A stretch of DNA of 64,000 nucleotides from Flavobacteriaceae bacterium (GCA_037969055.1 JBBKWR010000119.1:577-64576); one strand, 5' to 3'. Numbered from the stretch's first letter, positions 39,066 to 50,777 are shown. Translations and numbers: made by a program. Notes: generated by a model from the letters alone, not told the origin.

Positions 39066-40028
39066 ATGCCTGTTCTAACAAGTAACTACAATCCGCCATT
39101 TTTGTTCAAAAACGGTCATTTTTCGACGATTTATGCCGGAATTATAAGAAAAATACCAAATTTTAAGCAAAAACGGGAGAGATTGGAATTGGCCGATGGC
39201 GACTTTTTAGATCTCGATTGGAGCTATACCAGCAAAGCAACTGAAAAGGTAGTTGTATTGATCCATGGACTTGAAGGAAATGCGCAACGCGCTTATATAA
39301 CCGGAAGTGCAAAACAATTCAATGAGGCAGGCTATGATGCATGCGCCATCAACCTTCGATCTTGTAGCGGAGAAACCAACCGCTTGTTCCGATCCTACCA
39401 CTCCGGTGCAACGGAAGATCTCGAATCGGTCATCCACCATATTTTAGGGACAAAAAAATATGGGGAACTTTATATTAATGGTTTTAGCCTTGGGGGCAAC
39501 ATGGCGCTTAAATATCTAGGGGAAGGAAGAAAGGTGCCCGCTGAAATAAAGGGCGCAGTAGCAATTTCTGTCCCTTGTAGCCTCCACAGTTCGCTCGTCA
39601 AATTATTAACGCCCAAGAACATCCCATACACCATCCGCTTTAAAAAACACCTTGTGGAAAAGCTAAGGGCCAAGCAACTTCTATTCCCAGAAAAAATATC
39701 AGATGCGGATATTAGCGCCGTTGTTACCTTAAAGGATTTTGATGATATCTACACTAGCCGAGCCCATGGATTCAAGGATGCTCTTGACTATTATGAGCAA
39801 TGCAGTTGTTTGCAGTTTTTGCCCAACGTACAAGTACCGGCTTTAATTATCAATGCGAGCAACGACTCCTTTTTGGGACCAGAATGTTATCCAATTAGAG
39901 AAGCGGAAAAAAACCCTAATCTCTATCTGGAAATACCTGATTATGGCGGGCATGTGGGTTTTTACGACAGAAAGAGTATCTATTACAATGAAAATAGGGC
40001 AATAAAATTTCTGAACGAGGCATTTTAA
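39066..40028 (+). CDS. YheT-like alpha/beta hydrolase
   Basis: HGLEG, GFSLGGN, GGHVGF; start moved to MPVL. Confidence 0.9.
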   Translation: MPVLTSNYNPPFLFKNGHFSTIYAGIIRKIPNFKQKRERLELADGDFLDLDWSYTSKATEKVVVLIHGLEGNAQRAYITGSAKQFNEAGYDACAINLRSCSGETNRLFRSYHSGATEDLESVIHHILGTKKYGELYINGFSLGGNMALKYLGEGRKVPAEIKGAVAISVPCSLHSSLVKLLTPKNIPYTIRFKKHLVEKLRAKQLLFPEKISDADISAVVTLKDFDDIYTSRAHGFKDALDYYEQCSCLQFLPNVQVPALIINASNDSFLGPECYPIREAEKNPNLYLEIPDYGGHVGFYDRKSIYYNENRAIKFLNEAF

Positions 40029-40071
40029 ATTGACCTATTCCTTATATTAGTACTTCCAAATAAAAACCTAG

Positions 40072-40551
40072 ATGAAAAAAGTTTTGAGCATAATAGCCCT
40101 TGGCGCGTTGATTGCCAATTGTGGTGAAAAAAAAGAAGAAAAAAAGGAGGGTTTTGAAATGAACCGTGCCAAAACCGAGACCAAGACTGTGGTGGCCACT
40201 GAGTCGGTACCGGTTGACCTAAATAACGACGGGGTCGGACCGTTTAAGGACATCACTTTCGACGATGCCATAAATACACAAATGGCAGCGGCTGGCGAGG
40301 CCAAGTTCAAAGCAATATGTGTGGCGTGCCATATGGCCGAACAACGCTTGATCGGACCGGCCCTAAAAGGAGTTTATGAGCGTCGAAGCCCTGCATGGGT
40401 TATGAACATGATCAGCAACCCGGACAAAATGATTAAGGATGACCCTATTGCTAAAGCATTATTAAAAGAATACAATAACGCGATTATGCTCAACCAAAAT
40501 CTTTCCGAAGAAGATACCCGTGCGGTAGCCGAGTATTTAAGAACACTATAA
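40072..40551 (+). CDS. Cytochrome c lipoprotein
   Basis: Lipobox, CVACH haem motif, GPALKG. Confidence 0.9.
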   Translation: MKKVLSIIALGALIANCGEKKEEKKEGFEMNRAKTETKTVVATESVPVDLNNDGVGPFKDITFDDAINTQMAAAGEAKFKAICVACHMAEQRLIGPALKGVYERRSPAWVMNMISNPDKMIKDDPIAKALLKEYNNAIMLNQNLSEEDTRAVAEYLRTL

Positions 40552-40732
40552 CGCTCTTTTTATAAAGCTATAATTAAGCCATTATCCTTACTTCTTGTTT
40601 GGACAATGGCTTTTTTTATCATTTCTTGGCAGCCAATAACATTCGCAGACCAATGATGGGATTTCGTTTATGGACGGCCGTTATTCTTTTCAATCAAACA
40701 TCTGAACTGCAAAAAATGATTAGATTTAGGGC

Positions 40733-41866
40733 ATGGCCCTCTTCGAAAATCCTATATATGTTGCCAGTATCTTATGCTTGATGGTAATATTGTCGGTATA
40801 TGTCGCCAAAACCAAAATAGGTGAAAAATTGAGCGCGGCCCTGTTGGTGATCCTGTTCACGGCAGTACTTGCCAATCTGAAATTGATTCCCTCTGCCTCC
40901 AACAGTATTCCGCTTTATGAAGGTATTTTTACAACCTTGGCGCCACTTTCAATCTTCTATTTGATGCTTGGGGTTAACCTCAGCTCAATCAAAAAAGCTG
41001 GGGCCCCCATGATTATATTGTTTATGATTGGGTCGCTGGCGACCCTTTTAGGAATACTCTTGGCATGGGTAGTGGTCGCTCCGCAAAAAGTAATTGGTGA
41101 GGATGCAAACATTATCGCAGGGATGTTTACCGGCACCTATACTGGGGGAAGTGTCAATTTTAATGCGGTCGCCCTAGAATACGATTTTCAGGATCGGGGC
41201 ATTCTTTATGCAGGCACCATTGCCGTCGACAATGTGATTACTACCGTCTGGATAGTGGTTACTTTGTTGTTCCCGCCCTTGTTGCGAAAGTTCTGGAAGG
41301 ATAAAAAAGTAAGTAGTGGAACCCAATATCATCCCCATCCGGAAAAAGACCTAATAGATCTGCGTGCTTTGATGTGGCTTCTATTTTTGGGCCTATCCGC
41401 CCTTTTTATTTCAGAGTTGATCGCTGAATCGCTACCAGCAATACCTCAAATTTTGACCATAACCACCTTCGGCATTCTCCTGGCACAGACCCGCTTGGTG
41501 CATAGCCTAAAGGGAAGCCATACGCTTGGACTCTACCTTGTTTATATATTTCTTGCAGTAATTGGCGCCTATTGTGAGGTCAGTTCCGTCATTGAATTGC
41601 AGGAAGTGGGGCTAACCCTTTTTGGTTTCGCCGCTTTGGCCGTCTTTTTACATGGGGTAATCGTTATAATACTGGGAGGCCTGATCTACAGGGATTGGGA
41701 GATGATCGCCATTGTGAGCCAGGCGAATATTGGAGGGGCCGCTACGGCACTTTCCCTTGCCGAGGTATTTGTGAGAAAGGAACTCATTTTACCTGCCATC
41801 CTAGTGGGTACGTTGGGTAGCGCTTTGGGTACTTATCTGGGGTTTTTGGTGGTGAATTTGTTATAA
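40733..41866 (+). CDS. DUF819 membrane protein
   Basis: TYTGGSVNF, SQANIGG. Confidence 0.88.
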   Translation: MALFENPIYVASILCLMVILSVYVAKTKIGEKLSAALLVILFTAVLANLKLIPSASNSIPLYEGIFTTLAPLSIFYLMLGVNLSSIKKAGAPMIILFMIGSLATLLGILLAWVVVAPQKVIGEDANIIAGMFTGTYTGGSVNFNAVALEYDFQDRGILYAGTIAVDNVITTVWIVVTLLFPPLLRKFWKDKKVSSGTQYHPHPEKDLIDLRALMWLLFLGLSALFISELIAESLPAIPQILTITTFGILLAQTRLVHSLKGSHTLGLYLVYIFLAVIGAYCEVSSVIELQEVGLTLFGFAALAVFLHGVIVIILGGLIYRDWEMIAIVSQANIGGAATALSLAEVFVRKELILPAILVGTLGSALGTYLGFLVVNLL

Positions 41867-41962
41867 TAATCGGTCAAGTCGTAATGCCATTATCCACTTC
41901 TTTAGCATAACCGCTGGGCGTGCATTTCAGTTTCGACTAGGGTAACGTAGGTACAATTTTTT

Positions 41963-43546
41963 TTAACGTTTATCAACCGCAACCTTATAGGTTGGATCTT
42001 CCATCATGTTTACTTCAATGATGTCCTCCGCATTCTCAAGTAACCGGATACAATCCTTGCTCAAATGTTTTAGATGAATTTTCTTCCCCACCTTTCGATA
42101 GCGCTCCGTAATCTTGTTCAATGCCTCGATGCCCGACATATCGGCCACACGGCTCTCATTAAAATCTATGATTACTTCCTCGGGGTCGTTTTGGACATCA
42201 AACTTTTCAGAAAAGGCTGTGGTAGATCCAAAGAACAAAGGCCCATATATTTCATAATGTTTTATCCCATTATCGTCTATATACTTCCTGGCCCTAATGC
42301 GCTTGGCATTTTCCCAAGAGTAGGCCAGGGCCGAAATGATTACCCCAAATAACACCGCTATCGCCAAATTATGGGTGATCGCGGTAATCAAGGTCACCAA
42401 GACCATTACGACTACGTCAGAATTGGGCATTTTTCGAAATGTTTTGAAACTGGCCCATTCAAAGGTGCCTATGGCAACCATAAACATAAGGCCAACCAAG
42501 GCTGCCATTGGTAAACGCTCGATCAAACTTGATCCAAACATGATAAAAACAAGTAACATTACCGCTGCTGTAATGCCCGACAACCTCGCCCTAGCCCCAG
42601 AGGAGGTATTGATCAAACTCTGTCCGATCATGGCACATCCACCCATTCCCGAAAGAAACCCGGAAAGAATGTTCGCCGTGCCCTGGGCCACGCATTCTTT
42701 ATTGCCACTGCCGCGGGTGTCGGTTATTTCATCAATGATATTGAGGGTTAAAAGACTTTCGATAAGTCCCACTCCTGCCACGATAGCAGCATACGGGAAT
42801 ATGATCTTGAAGGTTGTAAGGGTAAGGGGTATTTGTGGAATGGAAATGGGGGGGAAACCGCCTTTGATCGAATCTCCTTCCTTTATCGTATCTGCAACGG
42901 TCAGCGTATCAATACCAAATCCAATTACTATTGCGGAAACGACCAGAATGGCAAGGAGCGAGGAAGGTATGGCTTTCGTGATTTTTGGAACACCCCAGAT
43001 AATCAGCATGGTCAAGAGGGTTAGCCCCAACATCGTGTAAAGCGGCAGACCGGACAATAAATGTGAGGTACCTTTTTGATAGAAATTGGGAAACTGGGCC
43101 ATAAAGATGATAATGGCCAACCCATTCACAAAACCGAACATGACGGGGTGTGGCACCAAACGAATGAACTTACCCAGCCGCAAAAGGCCCGCTAAAATTT
43201 GAAGGATGCCCGCAATAATGACGGTTGCAAAAACATAGTGCAAAATGGTTTCCGGTTCAATACCGGGAAAATTACGCTTCAATTCCAAGATGAGCCCCAC
43301 GAAAATAACGGCTATCGCCCCCGTAGCGCCAGAGATCATCCCGGGCCGCCCACCAAAAATGGAAGTGATCAAGGCAAGAACAAAAGCCGCGTACAATCCA
43401 GTCAACGGCGAAAAACCAGGGATCAGTGCAAAGGCAATCGCTTCGGGCACCAATGCCAGGGCCACCGTAAGTCCCGATAAGATTTCGGTCTTATAGTCTA
43501 CCTTCTGCTTAAAATCGAATAAGTTCAAATACTTCTTCATGCCCAT
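41963..43546 (-). CDS. SulP family anion transporter with STAS domain
   Basis: ALVPEAIAF, GGRPGMISG, GPLFFG. Confidence 0.95.
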   Translation of the reverse strand: MGMKKYLNLFDFKQKVDYKTEILSGLTVALALVPEAIAFALIPGFSPLTGLYAAFVLALITSIFGGRPGMISGATGAIAVIFVGLILELKRNFPGIEPETILHYVFATVIIAGILQILAGLLRLGKFIRLVPHPVMFGFVNGLAIIIFMAQFPNFYQKGTSHLLSGLPLYTMLGLTLLTMLIIWGVPKITKAIPSSLLAILVVSAIVIGFGIDTLTVADTIKEGDSIKGGFPPISIPQIPLTLTTFKIIFPYAAIVAGVGLIESLLTLNIIDEITDTRGSGNKECVAQGTANILSGFLSGMGGCAMIGQSLINTSSGARARLSGITAAVMLLVFIMFGSSLIERLPMAALVGLMFMVAIGTFEWASFKTFRKMPNSDVVVMVLVTLITAITHNLAIAVLFGVIISALAYSWENAKRIRARKYIDDNGIKHYEIYGPLFFGSTTAFSEKFDVQNDPEEVIIDFNESRVADMSGIEALNKITERYRKVGKKIHLKHLSKDCIRLLENAEDIIEVNMMEDPTYKVAVDKR

Positions 43547-43815
43547 TATTTCAAGGGCGCAAAAATACCATTTATTCCCCGCTTCAAGCCGTCAACTATT
43601 CGAAAATATAATCTTATTTATGAACTTGGATAGCGTATTATACCTCTTACCCATCCATTTTTATTTGTATCGTGAATCAAAACGGGTATCTAATGAAGGT
43701 CTATAAACAACGTACCCTATAATTTTTAACCCGAAGTACGGGAAGTATAGGTTAAAATTGAACGGTTTTTTTTTACGATTTGATACTGCATAATCTTTGT
43801 GTAGGGGCATATAAT

Positions 43816-43845
43816 AAAAAATCCCAACACTTTCGTGTTGGGATT
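43816..43845 (-). terminator. Intrinsic terminator
   Basis: AATCCCAACAC-GAAA-GTGTTGGGA followed by T6. Confidence 0.85.
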
Positions 43846-43887
43846 CTCCGTTATCTATCTTGTTAATCCTTTAAGGATATTTATATA

Positions 43888-44550
43888 TTAAAAGGCCGTA
43901 AGTATTTCAAAATTTCCGACAAACACGCCAGATACAACAACACCAGAGCCATCTTCATAACTATAAGAACAATCGATTGTTCCTGTGTTGGTCGCTAAAT
44001 CGAAAGTCCTCGCATTAATTCTAAATACATGCCCGTGTGCTGCCTCTCCATCAGGGAATCCTACATGATCATATGCGATACTTGAAGCTATTTGACCAAA
44101 AGTCTGTGTACCTACCGGTGTGGTATTTGTAAAACCCGTAATATCATGTTCAGAGGAGTGTTGACCTTCCATTATAATATCTAAATAGCCCAACGGATTG
44201 CCCTGCGGGTCCCACACAAAGAAGGATGTTTCTGCAAGTGTTGGTTTCGTGGTAATTAAATTGCAGGTTATTTTAGTGTAATGGGTCGTTGATGTTTCAA
44301 AGGCTATTTGGTTAGTAGCATCTTCAATAATTTCGCCGTCTGAAAATACAAAGGTGAACGCTCGATCATAATCCCCAGCCGCATCATCAACAAGTAAATA
44401 TGCCTTAGGGGTCACATAGGCGTTGGTACCTATAACAAATTCTGTGTCTGTATCACCAGGGACGGATTGAAGTACTGGTGTGGGTTCATTGTTATCAGAC
44501 GCACAACTATGAATAATAATAATGGCACATAAGTAGAAAATTTTTTTCAT
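43888..44550 (-). CDS. Hypothetical lipoprotein
   Basis: IHSC lipobox; acidic and Thr-rich; no family recognised. Confidence 0.7.
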   Translation of the reverse strand: MKKIFYLCAIIIIHSCASDNNEPTPVLQSVPGDTDTEFVIGTNAYVTPKAYLLVDDAAGDYDRAFTFVFSDGEIIEDATNQIAFETSTTHYTKITCNLITTKPTLAETSFFVWDPQGNPLGYLDIIMEGQHSSEHDITGFTNTTPVGTQTFGQIASSIAYDHVGFPDGEAAHGHVFRINARTFDLATNTGTIDCSYSYEDGSGVVVSGVFVGNFEILTAF

Positions 44551-44882
44551 GGTTTGGTTTTTAGTTCAAACCATAACGCTAAATTTTTCTATTAGTTGTA
44601 TTTAACATAAAATAATGAGTAAAGTGATTAAAGGACAATTTTCCAAGCGTGTTTTTAATTTCGGCTTTACCAGTACTTCAATTTATGCTTTAGTAAGGCT
44701 CTCGGACCATAACTATATCAAACTGGATGGATCAAAACAGAATATTTGCAGTACCAGAACCATAAGAAAATCAGAAGCTTAAAAACTTCTGGGCTTGAAG
44801 CATTGGCGATATTTCATGAAGTTAGGGTCTATACAAAAGTCTGTTTCTGAATATCGAATGTCGATTGTGCAACTTGCGCGTA

Positions 44883-45857
44883 TTACCAATTGTTCAACCC
44901 CAGAAGCTTTTCACCAAGCTCCGATAATTTGGCAGTTTCGTATTTGGTCTGCTCCCAATTTCTGGGATCTCCCGGAAAGGCATAGCCTTCGGGTGCAATC
45001 CGGTTTTTCCATGAATTTACACGCCATTGTCGCAGTTCGTCATTGTCCTCCTCCGCGGGCATCATAGAAATGTATTGCGCGATGCGCACCTTGTTCGCGG
45101 ATTTATTGGGACGGATACCATGGGGTTCGGTACTGTTAAAGATCAAAAGGTCCCCTGCCTCCATTTTTACCTTAATGATCTTGTCTTGTAACGCTGATAC
45201 ATCGGGCTTGAACCGGTCGCGCTGCTCGGGCTGGGTTAGTTTCCACGTATCGTAATTTCGGTATAGCCAGGGAATACATTGAAAGCCCCCCATGTTCTCA
45301 TCGGTCTGGTCGGCTAGGGCCAACACCCCTTGCACGTTCTGCGGTCGGGTCTCAGGGTCATAATCCCAATGGATAAAACCCTTGTATTCATGCCCGGGCC
45401 GCATGGGGAAATTAAGGTTCGCACGATCGATGGTCACCCATAGCTTTTCGGTACCCCATACATCAACAAATGCGTCATATACTTTCTTCATCTGGCGGTT
45501 ATTCCATAAGTGCTGGTGATTGTAAACCTCAACCATCCCGGTTCCGGTAAGTTCCTTCATTTTCATTTCAGCCCTTGGGGGGGCGTACCAAGACTCTGGA
45601 TCATTGGGATCTTTCCCTTCGAATTCCCATAAAAACTGAGCGGTCTCTCGTGCCTGTTCCTTGGGCACAACATTTTTGACGACAATATAACCGTTCTGTT
45701 TCCAAAACTCCCAATCGTTCTCGCTCAAGACACGCAAGGGTTTTCCGTTCGATCTATCGTTCAATTTGATCTTGCTACTTGTCGCGGTAGAAGGATTACC
45801 AGGAATCGCTTCGTGCGCCTTGTTGGCCATTTCCATTTTAGAATACTTCCCTTGCAT
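44883..45857 (-). CDS. Phytanoyl-CoA dioxygenase family protein
   Basis: NGYIVV, HWD, GDLLIFN...HG. Confidence 0.88.
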   Translation of the reverse strand: MQGKYSKMEMANKAHEAIPGNPSTATSSKIKLNDRSNGKPLRVLSENDWEFWKQNGYIVVKNVVPKEQARETAQFLWEFEGKDPNDPESWYAPPRAEMKMKELTGTGMVEVYNHQHLWNNRQMKKVYDAFVDVWGTEKLWVTIDRANLNFPMRPGHEYKGFIHWDYDPETRPQNVQGVLALADQTDENMGGFQCIPWLYRNYDTWKLTQPEQRDRFKPDVSALQDKIIKVKMEAGDLLIFNSTEPHGIRPNKSANKVRIAQYISMMPAEEDNDELRQWRVNSWKNRIAPEGYAFPGDPRNWEQTKYETAKLSELGEKLLGLNNW

Positions 45858-46008
45858 ATTATTAGGCTTTAAGTTGTTTTACATTCTTTAGCGTAAAATT
45901 AATTATTTGGAGTACCATTCTCCACGCTCATATTGACCATTATTTGAACTATATTATCCATATTTGTATAATTGTTATATAACTTATTGAATTTAGTTAA
46001 ACTATCAC

Positions 46009-46857
46009 ATGAAAATTCAATTAGAAAGCATAGACACGGATACTAAATCGCCCATTCGTGTCCTGCACGATCCCAAGTTGAACGATATGTTTTTTTGGCA
46101 CTTCCATCCAGAGTATGAACTGGTGTATATTAAAGGTGCCAGTGCCAAACGCCATGTAGGTGACCATATCTCCACTTACGAAGACAGTGATCTGGTCTTT
46201 ATTGGTTCCAATATTCCCCATTTGAATTTCGACCATGGTGTACAGACTGAATATCGTATGGAAGTATTGCACATCAAGCCCGTTTTCCTAAAGATCATTG
46301 GCGAGGATATTCCTGCCTTTTTAAACATCCAACGTCTCTTTGAACAATCGAAATATGGAATTGCCTATTTCGGCGACACTAAAAGGGATGTGGGAACTCG
46401 GATCAAAGAGCTCTATCGCCTTTCCCCTTTTGAATTGATTGTGGAATCCCTCAAAATCTTAGAAGTGCTTGCGAACAGTACGGAATACACCTTGCTTCAC
46501 GCAGCCCCATTTGTTAGCAAGTATAACGAAAAAGAACAGGCACGTATTCGACACCTATATGCTTTTATTGATGAGCATTACCAAAGAAAAATAGGTGTCG
46601 ATGAGGTGGCATCGCTCTGCAACTTGACCAAACCTGCGTTTTGTCGTTACTTTAAAAAAGCGACGGGCAATACCTTCGTGGGCTTCTTGAACCAATACAG
46701 GGTCAGTCAGGCCAAACGTCTGTTGTTAATTGGCAAGAACATAGGGGAAACCTGTTACGAATGCGGATTTGAAAGTCTTTCTTATTTTAATAGAACATTT
46801 AGGAAGGTGACCAATGAAAATCCGTCTGAGTTCAAAAAGAGGATGATGTCTGGGTGA
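46009..46857 (+). CDS. AraC family regulator
   Basis: WHFHPEYEL cupin domain; CGFESLSYFNRTF HTH. Confidence 0.95.
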   Translation: MKIQLESIDTDTKSPIRVLHDPKLNDMFFWHFHPEYELVYIKGASAKRHVGDHISTYEDSDLVFIGSNIPHLNFDHGVQTEYRMEVLHIKPVFLKIIGEDIPAFLNIQRLFEQSKYGIAYFGDTKRDVGTRIKELYRLSPFELIVESLKILEVLANSTEYTLLHAAPFVSKYNEKEQARIRHLYAFIDEHYQRKIGVDEVASLCNLTKPAFCRYFKKATGNTFVGFLNQYRVSQAKRLLLIGKNIGETCYECGFESLSYFNRTFRKVTNENPSEFKKRMMSG

Positions 46858-46955
46858 ACCTGACCTTGCCTCCCTTAAGCTATTTACATGTTCATAATTA
46901 TCTTTGTACGCTTGCTTATTGGAGACAAATTGGCCACTGTTATGGAATGTGTACC

Positions 46956-46992
46956 AAAAAAACCGCCCCGGACAAAGTATCCAGGGCGATTC
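46956..46992 (-). terminator. Intrinsic terminator
   Basis: CGCCCTGGA...TCCGGGGCG followed by T7. Confidence 0.75.
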
Positions 46993-47019
46993 CTAACTAA
47001 ATAACCAACCAAAAATTGT

Positions 47020-47930
47020 TTATTTCTTTCTGCTCCGTTGCACCTTCATGATCGGGTTCGAAGTCTTTTGTCTTTTTTTATCGACCTGGCCCTTGCCAGA
47101 TTTTAAATACTGCTGATATCCTTTACCCTTAAATTCATATACAGTTTCACTTGCGGGATGGTACAGTTCTATGGTACTGTCATTAATAACGTACAGCTCA
47201 AAGTAATCATTGCCCAGGAAGTCGTACGCAAGTGTTAAAGTTTTGAGCGTTTCATCGTTTTCTATGTCATACACCTGAGAGTCGCCCTCAAAATCCCATT
47301 GCAAGGCCCCGATCGGGGTGCCGACCCCATCCACGGAAGACCTGAAAAAGGTAGGTAAAAACTGTAGGTAGTTCTCCTGATCAAAATCGTTGATTTCCCC
47401 CAGTTGGCTGGTATAGCTTTTTTCCCAGGCATCGTATTCCTGCAAAAAGTAATTGATGTTGTCGTAGAAAACAAAATCATAATCGAACGTATTGACCTGA
47501 TAGCCATTTAAGTAATAGGAAGTATTGGATCGTGCGTCAAAAAGTTCGATCGTGTTGCCATTCACCGCATATAATTCTAACTGCCATAGTCCGTCGACAT
47601 CATGGTCGATCTCCACCAATCCAGGAAGGGTGCTGTAATAACCTACATCGATGCCATACCCATTTCCGGTTTTTCCGATGCCCACTATATTATTATTGGC
47701 ATATAGGCTTCCGTTGTTAAAAGAGATGGTAAAGGCGCGTTGTAAAAATGGTACCTCCCCATTGCCCTTGGTAGCGTTGATGTCTACATACCATAGGTCA
47801 TATTCGTTTAGGACCCGATCGGTGTTGAAGGCAGATTCCTCTATATATGGATCTTCCAATATAACCTCCGAGTAACAAGATCCCAATAGGGCGCCCATCA
47901 TAATATATCCAAAGAGTAGTTTAGCCTTCA
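47020..47930 (-). CDS. Conserved flavobacterial lipoprotein
   Basis: LLGSC lipobox after MKAKLL; YDLWYVDI; no catalytic motif recognised. Confidence 0.7.
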
Positions 47931-48048
47931 TAGTTAATAATTTTATGTGTTGCCTATTATAAAACAAGCACCGTGCCACAATTTTAACTATTTGATTATC
48001 AATGTTTAAGATTGCAGATTATATTTGTAGTAAGTTTGAGGCAACAAT

Positions 48049-49059
48049 TTGGCATCCATGAACAAAACTCAAAAATTTGCGGTAATCGGTGGTGGCAGTT
48101 GGGCAACCGCCCTCATAAAAATGCTCTTGGTCAATCAAAGACGTGTTGGTTGGTACATGCGGAACAGCGACGCGATAGAGTTTATGAAGATACATCATCA
48201 CAACCCCAATTACTTGACTTCGGTAACCTTCGATATGGCCAGGTTGGAACTATCGGACGATCTCAATGAGACCATAAGGAGGGCCAATATCCTAATCTTT
48301 GCCATCCCTTCAGCTTTTTTGGAAAGCGAATTGGAACAATTAACCGTTTCATTGAAGAAAAAAATCGTCTTTTCCGCCATAAAAGGTATCGTGCCTGAAA
48401 CCGGATTAATTGTCGGGGAACATTTTCACCAAAAATTTGATATCCCCTTTGAAAATATAGGGGTTATTACAGGACCTTGCCATGCCGAAGAAGTGGCTTT
48501 AGAGCGCCTGTCGTACTTGACCATAGCCTGTACCGACAAAGAAAAGGCCAAATTAATGGCCGATAATCTCAATAGCGATTATATAAAGACCAAGATTTCC
48601 AAAGATATTATTGGCACCGAATATGCTGCCATGCTCAAGAACATTTACGCAATTGCGGCAGGGATTGCCCATGGTTTGGGATATGGTGATAATTTTCAGA
48701 GTGTGCTCATGAGCAATGCGATCCGAGAGATGAAAAGGTTTACCAAACGTATCCATAAAATAGATCGGAACATCAATGACTCGGCCTATCTCGGAGATCT
48801 TTTGGTAACAGGGTATTCCGTATTCAGCCGGAATCGCATGTTCGGCAATATGATCGGAAAAGGATATACGGTAATGAGTGCACAAATGGAGATGCGCATG
48901 GTCGCTGAAGGCTATTATGCCACCAAAAGTGCTTATGCGCTAAAATCAAAATTTAAAAAGAAAGCACGAACACCAATTATAGATACGGTGTATGCGGTAT
49001 TGTATGAAGGGAAAAATGCAAAGCAGGAATTCAAGGATCTGACAGATCTATTGGATTGA
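48049..49059 (+). CDS. gpsA: NAD(P)H-dependent glycerol-3-phosphate dehydrogenase
   Basis: GGGSWATA, GPCHAEE, LKNIYAI, GDLLVT..S..SRN. Confidence 0.95.
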   Translation: MASMNKTQKFAVIGGGSWATALIKMLLVNQRRVGWYMRNSDAIEFMKIHHHNPNYLTSVTFDMARLELSDDLNETIRRANILIFAIPSAFLESELEQLTVSLKKKIVFSAIKGIVPETGLIVGEHFHQKFDIPFENIGVITGPCHAEEVALERLSYLTIACTDKEKAKLMADNLNSDYIKTKISKDIIGTEYAAMLKNIYAIAAGIAHGLGYGDNFQSVLMSNAIREMKRFTKRIHKIDRNINDSAYLGDLLVTGYSVFSRNRMFGNMIGKGYTVMSAQMEMRMVAEGYYATKSAYALKSKFKKKARTPIIDTVYAVLYEGKNAKQEFKDLTDLLD

Positions 49060-49103
49060 GACAGTAGGCTATGGATACCGTATAGAAATCATGGCAAATA
49101 GGT

Positions 49104-50777
49104 TCAAATCCGCTCTAAGGAAAAATCGGAATGCTCTTTCAGGTCGGCCATTAATTCTTCCTTCCAGATCAATAGCTGGGCATCCCCTGTCTTATAAATT
49201 CTTTTAAATTCGTCTAGAATGGGATCCATTAAAGTGCGCACGCTATCAATATCAAAATATAGCCTTCCCGTTCTACGGATAAAAAAATCCATGGGATTCT
49301 GTACCATCTCAAAATCGATGCAAAAACACAGTTCCGCCAGTGCCATTCTAACATACTTATCCTTATCATTCAACTCGGCATAGTTGGTCAAAATGGTTTC
49401 TGTTTGTTTACCATACGTTGAGACCAAGAATCGAGCGTCCTGCTCCGTAAACCCATCTTTTTTGATCCTGTCATGTATCTCGGTGGTATATTTTTTTACA
49501 TGTTTAAATTTTTTGAAATTTTCATTCCCACAAAGTGGAATTTCATCGGTAAAGCATTCCTTGAATTTCTTGCCTTCCTCTTCTTCCATTTTTTTGGCAA
49601 TCCTATCAACCACCCTTTCCGCCATTTTTCTGTAGCCCGTAAGCTTACCCCCGGCGATACTTGTCAGCCCTGTTTCTGAGGTAAATATCTCATCCTTTCT
49701 GGAAAGTTCGGAAGCCGATTTTCCCTCCTCATGGATCAAGGGTCTCAGTCCGGCCCAAGAAGATATTATATCCTTTAATTCCAAGTTGATCTTTGGGAAC
49801 ATATTGTTGACCGCTGAGATAATATATATCGCATCCGCAATATCGGTCCGCACCTTATCCTTATCCGAATTGTAATTGGTATCGGTCGTCCCGACATAGG
49901 TGACCTTCCCTCGGGGAATGGCGAACAACATTCGGCCATCCGGCACATCGAAATAAACCGATTGTTTAACGGGTAATTTCTGATGTGGGAAGACTAAATG
50001 TACGCCTTTGGTAAGGTGCAACCGCTTGCCATGTTTGGAATGGTTCACCGATCGGAGTTCGTCGACCCAAGGGCCAGCTGCACTGATGACATGTTTGCAT
50101 TTAATGTTGAAGTTCTTGCCGGTTAACACATCGCTGATCTTTACCCCGGTAATGGCCCCATCCTTGTATATGAAATCGTTTACTTTGGCATAATTCAGGG
50201 CCTGTGCCCCATAGCGAAGACTGGTCTTTATGTTTTCTATGGTCAGTCGCGCGTCATCGGTCCTATACTCTGCGTAATAGCCGGCGCCTTTTAATATTTT
50301 TTTGGGCAACAAAGGTTCCAATTTCAATGCCTCCTTTTTCTCCAACATCTTTCGCTTATCGTCACCACTTACCTGTGCCAAAATATCATAGACCTTTAGT
50401 CCGATAGAGGTCAGCCATTTGCCATAGGAACCATTTTCGATCAAAGGGAGCAACATTTTTTCGGGTTGAACCAAATGTGGTGCCAGTTTGTGGACAATCG
50501 CCCGTTCCGAGCCAACTTCCTTCACCAGCCAAAAATCGAACTGCTTCAAATAACGTAACCCTCCATGGATCAATTTGGTGGATTTGCTACTGGTGCCAGA
50601 CGCAAAATCGCCCTTTTCGACCAAGGCTACCTTAAACCCGCGAGAGGCCGCATCCAATGCAATACCTCCCCCTGTAATGCCACCGCCAACTACGACAAGG
50701 TCATATTCCGTTTTAGAGAGTTGGGAGATGGTCTTTGTTCTGTCTGAATTTGAAAATTTAATATTCATGCTGTGCAC
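49104..50777 (-). CDS. glpD: FAD-dependent glycerol-3-phosphate dehydrogenase
   Basis: GGGITG, GTSSKSTKLIHGGLRYL, GGKLTGYR. Confidence 0.93.
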   Translation of the reverse strand: MHSMNIKFSNSDRTKTISQLSKTEYDLVVVGGGITGGGIALDAASRGFKVALVEKGDFASGTSSKSTKLIHGGLRYLKQFDFWLVKEVGSERAIVHKLAPHLVQPEKMLLPLIENGSYGKWLTSIGLKVYDILAQVSGDDKRKMLEKKEALKLEPLLPKKILKGAGYYAEYRTDDARLTIENIKTSLRYGAQALNYAKVNDFIYKDGAITGVKISDVLTGKNFNIKCKHVISAAGPWVDELRSVNHSKHGKRLHLTKGVHLVFPHQKLPVKQSVYFDVPDGRMLFAIPRGKVTYVGTTDTNYNSDKDKVRTDIADAIYIISAVNNMFPKINLELKDIISSWAGLRPLIHEEGKSASELSRKDEIFTSETGLTSIAGGKLTGYRKMAERVVDRIAKKMEEEEGKKFKECFTDEIPLCGNENFKKFKHVKKYTTEIHDRIKKDGFTEQDARFLVSTYGKQTETILTNYAELNDKDKYVRMALAELCFCIDFEMVQNPMDFFIRRTGRLYFDIDSVRTLMDPILDEFKRIYKTGDAQLLIWKEELMADLKEHSDFSLERI

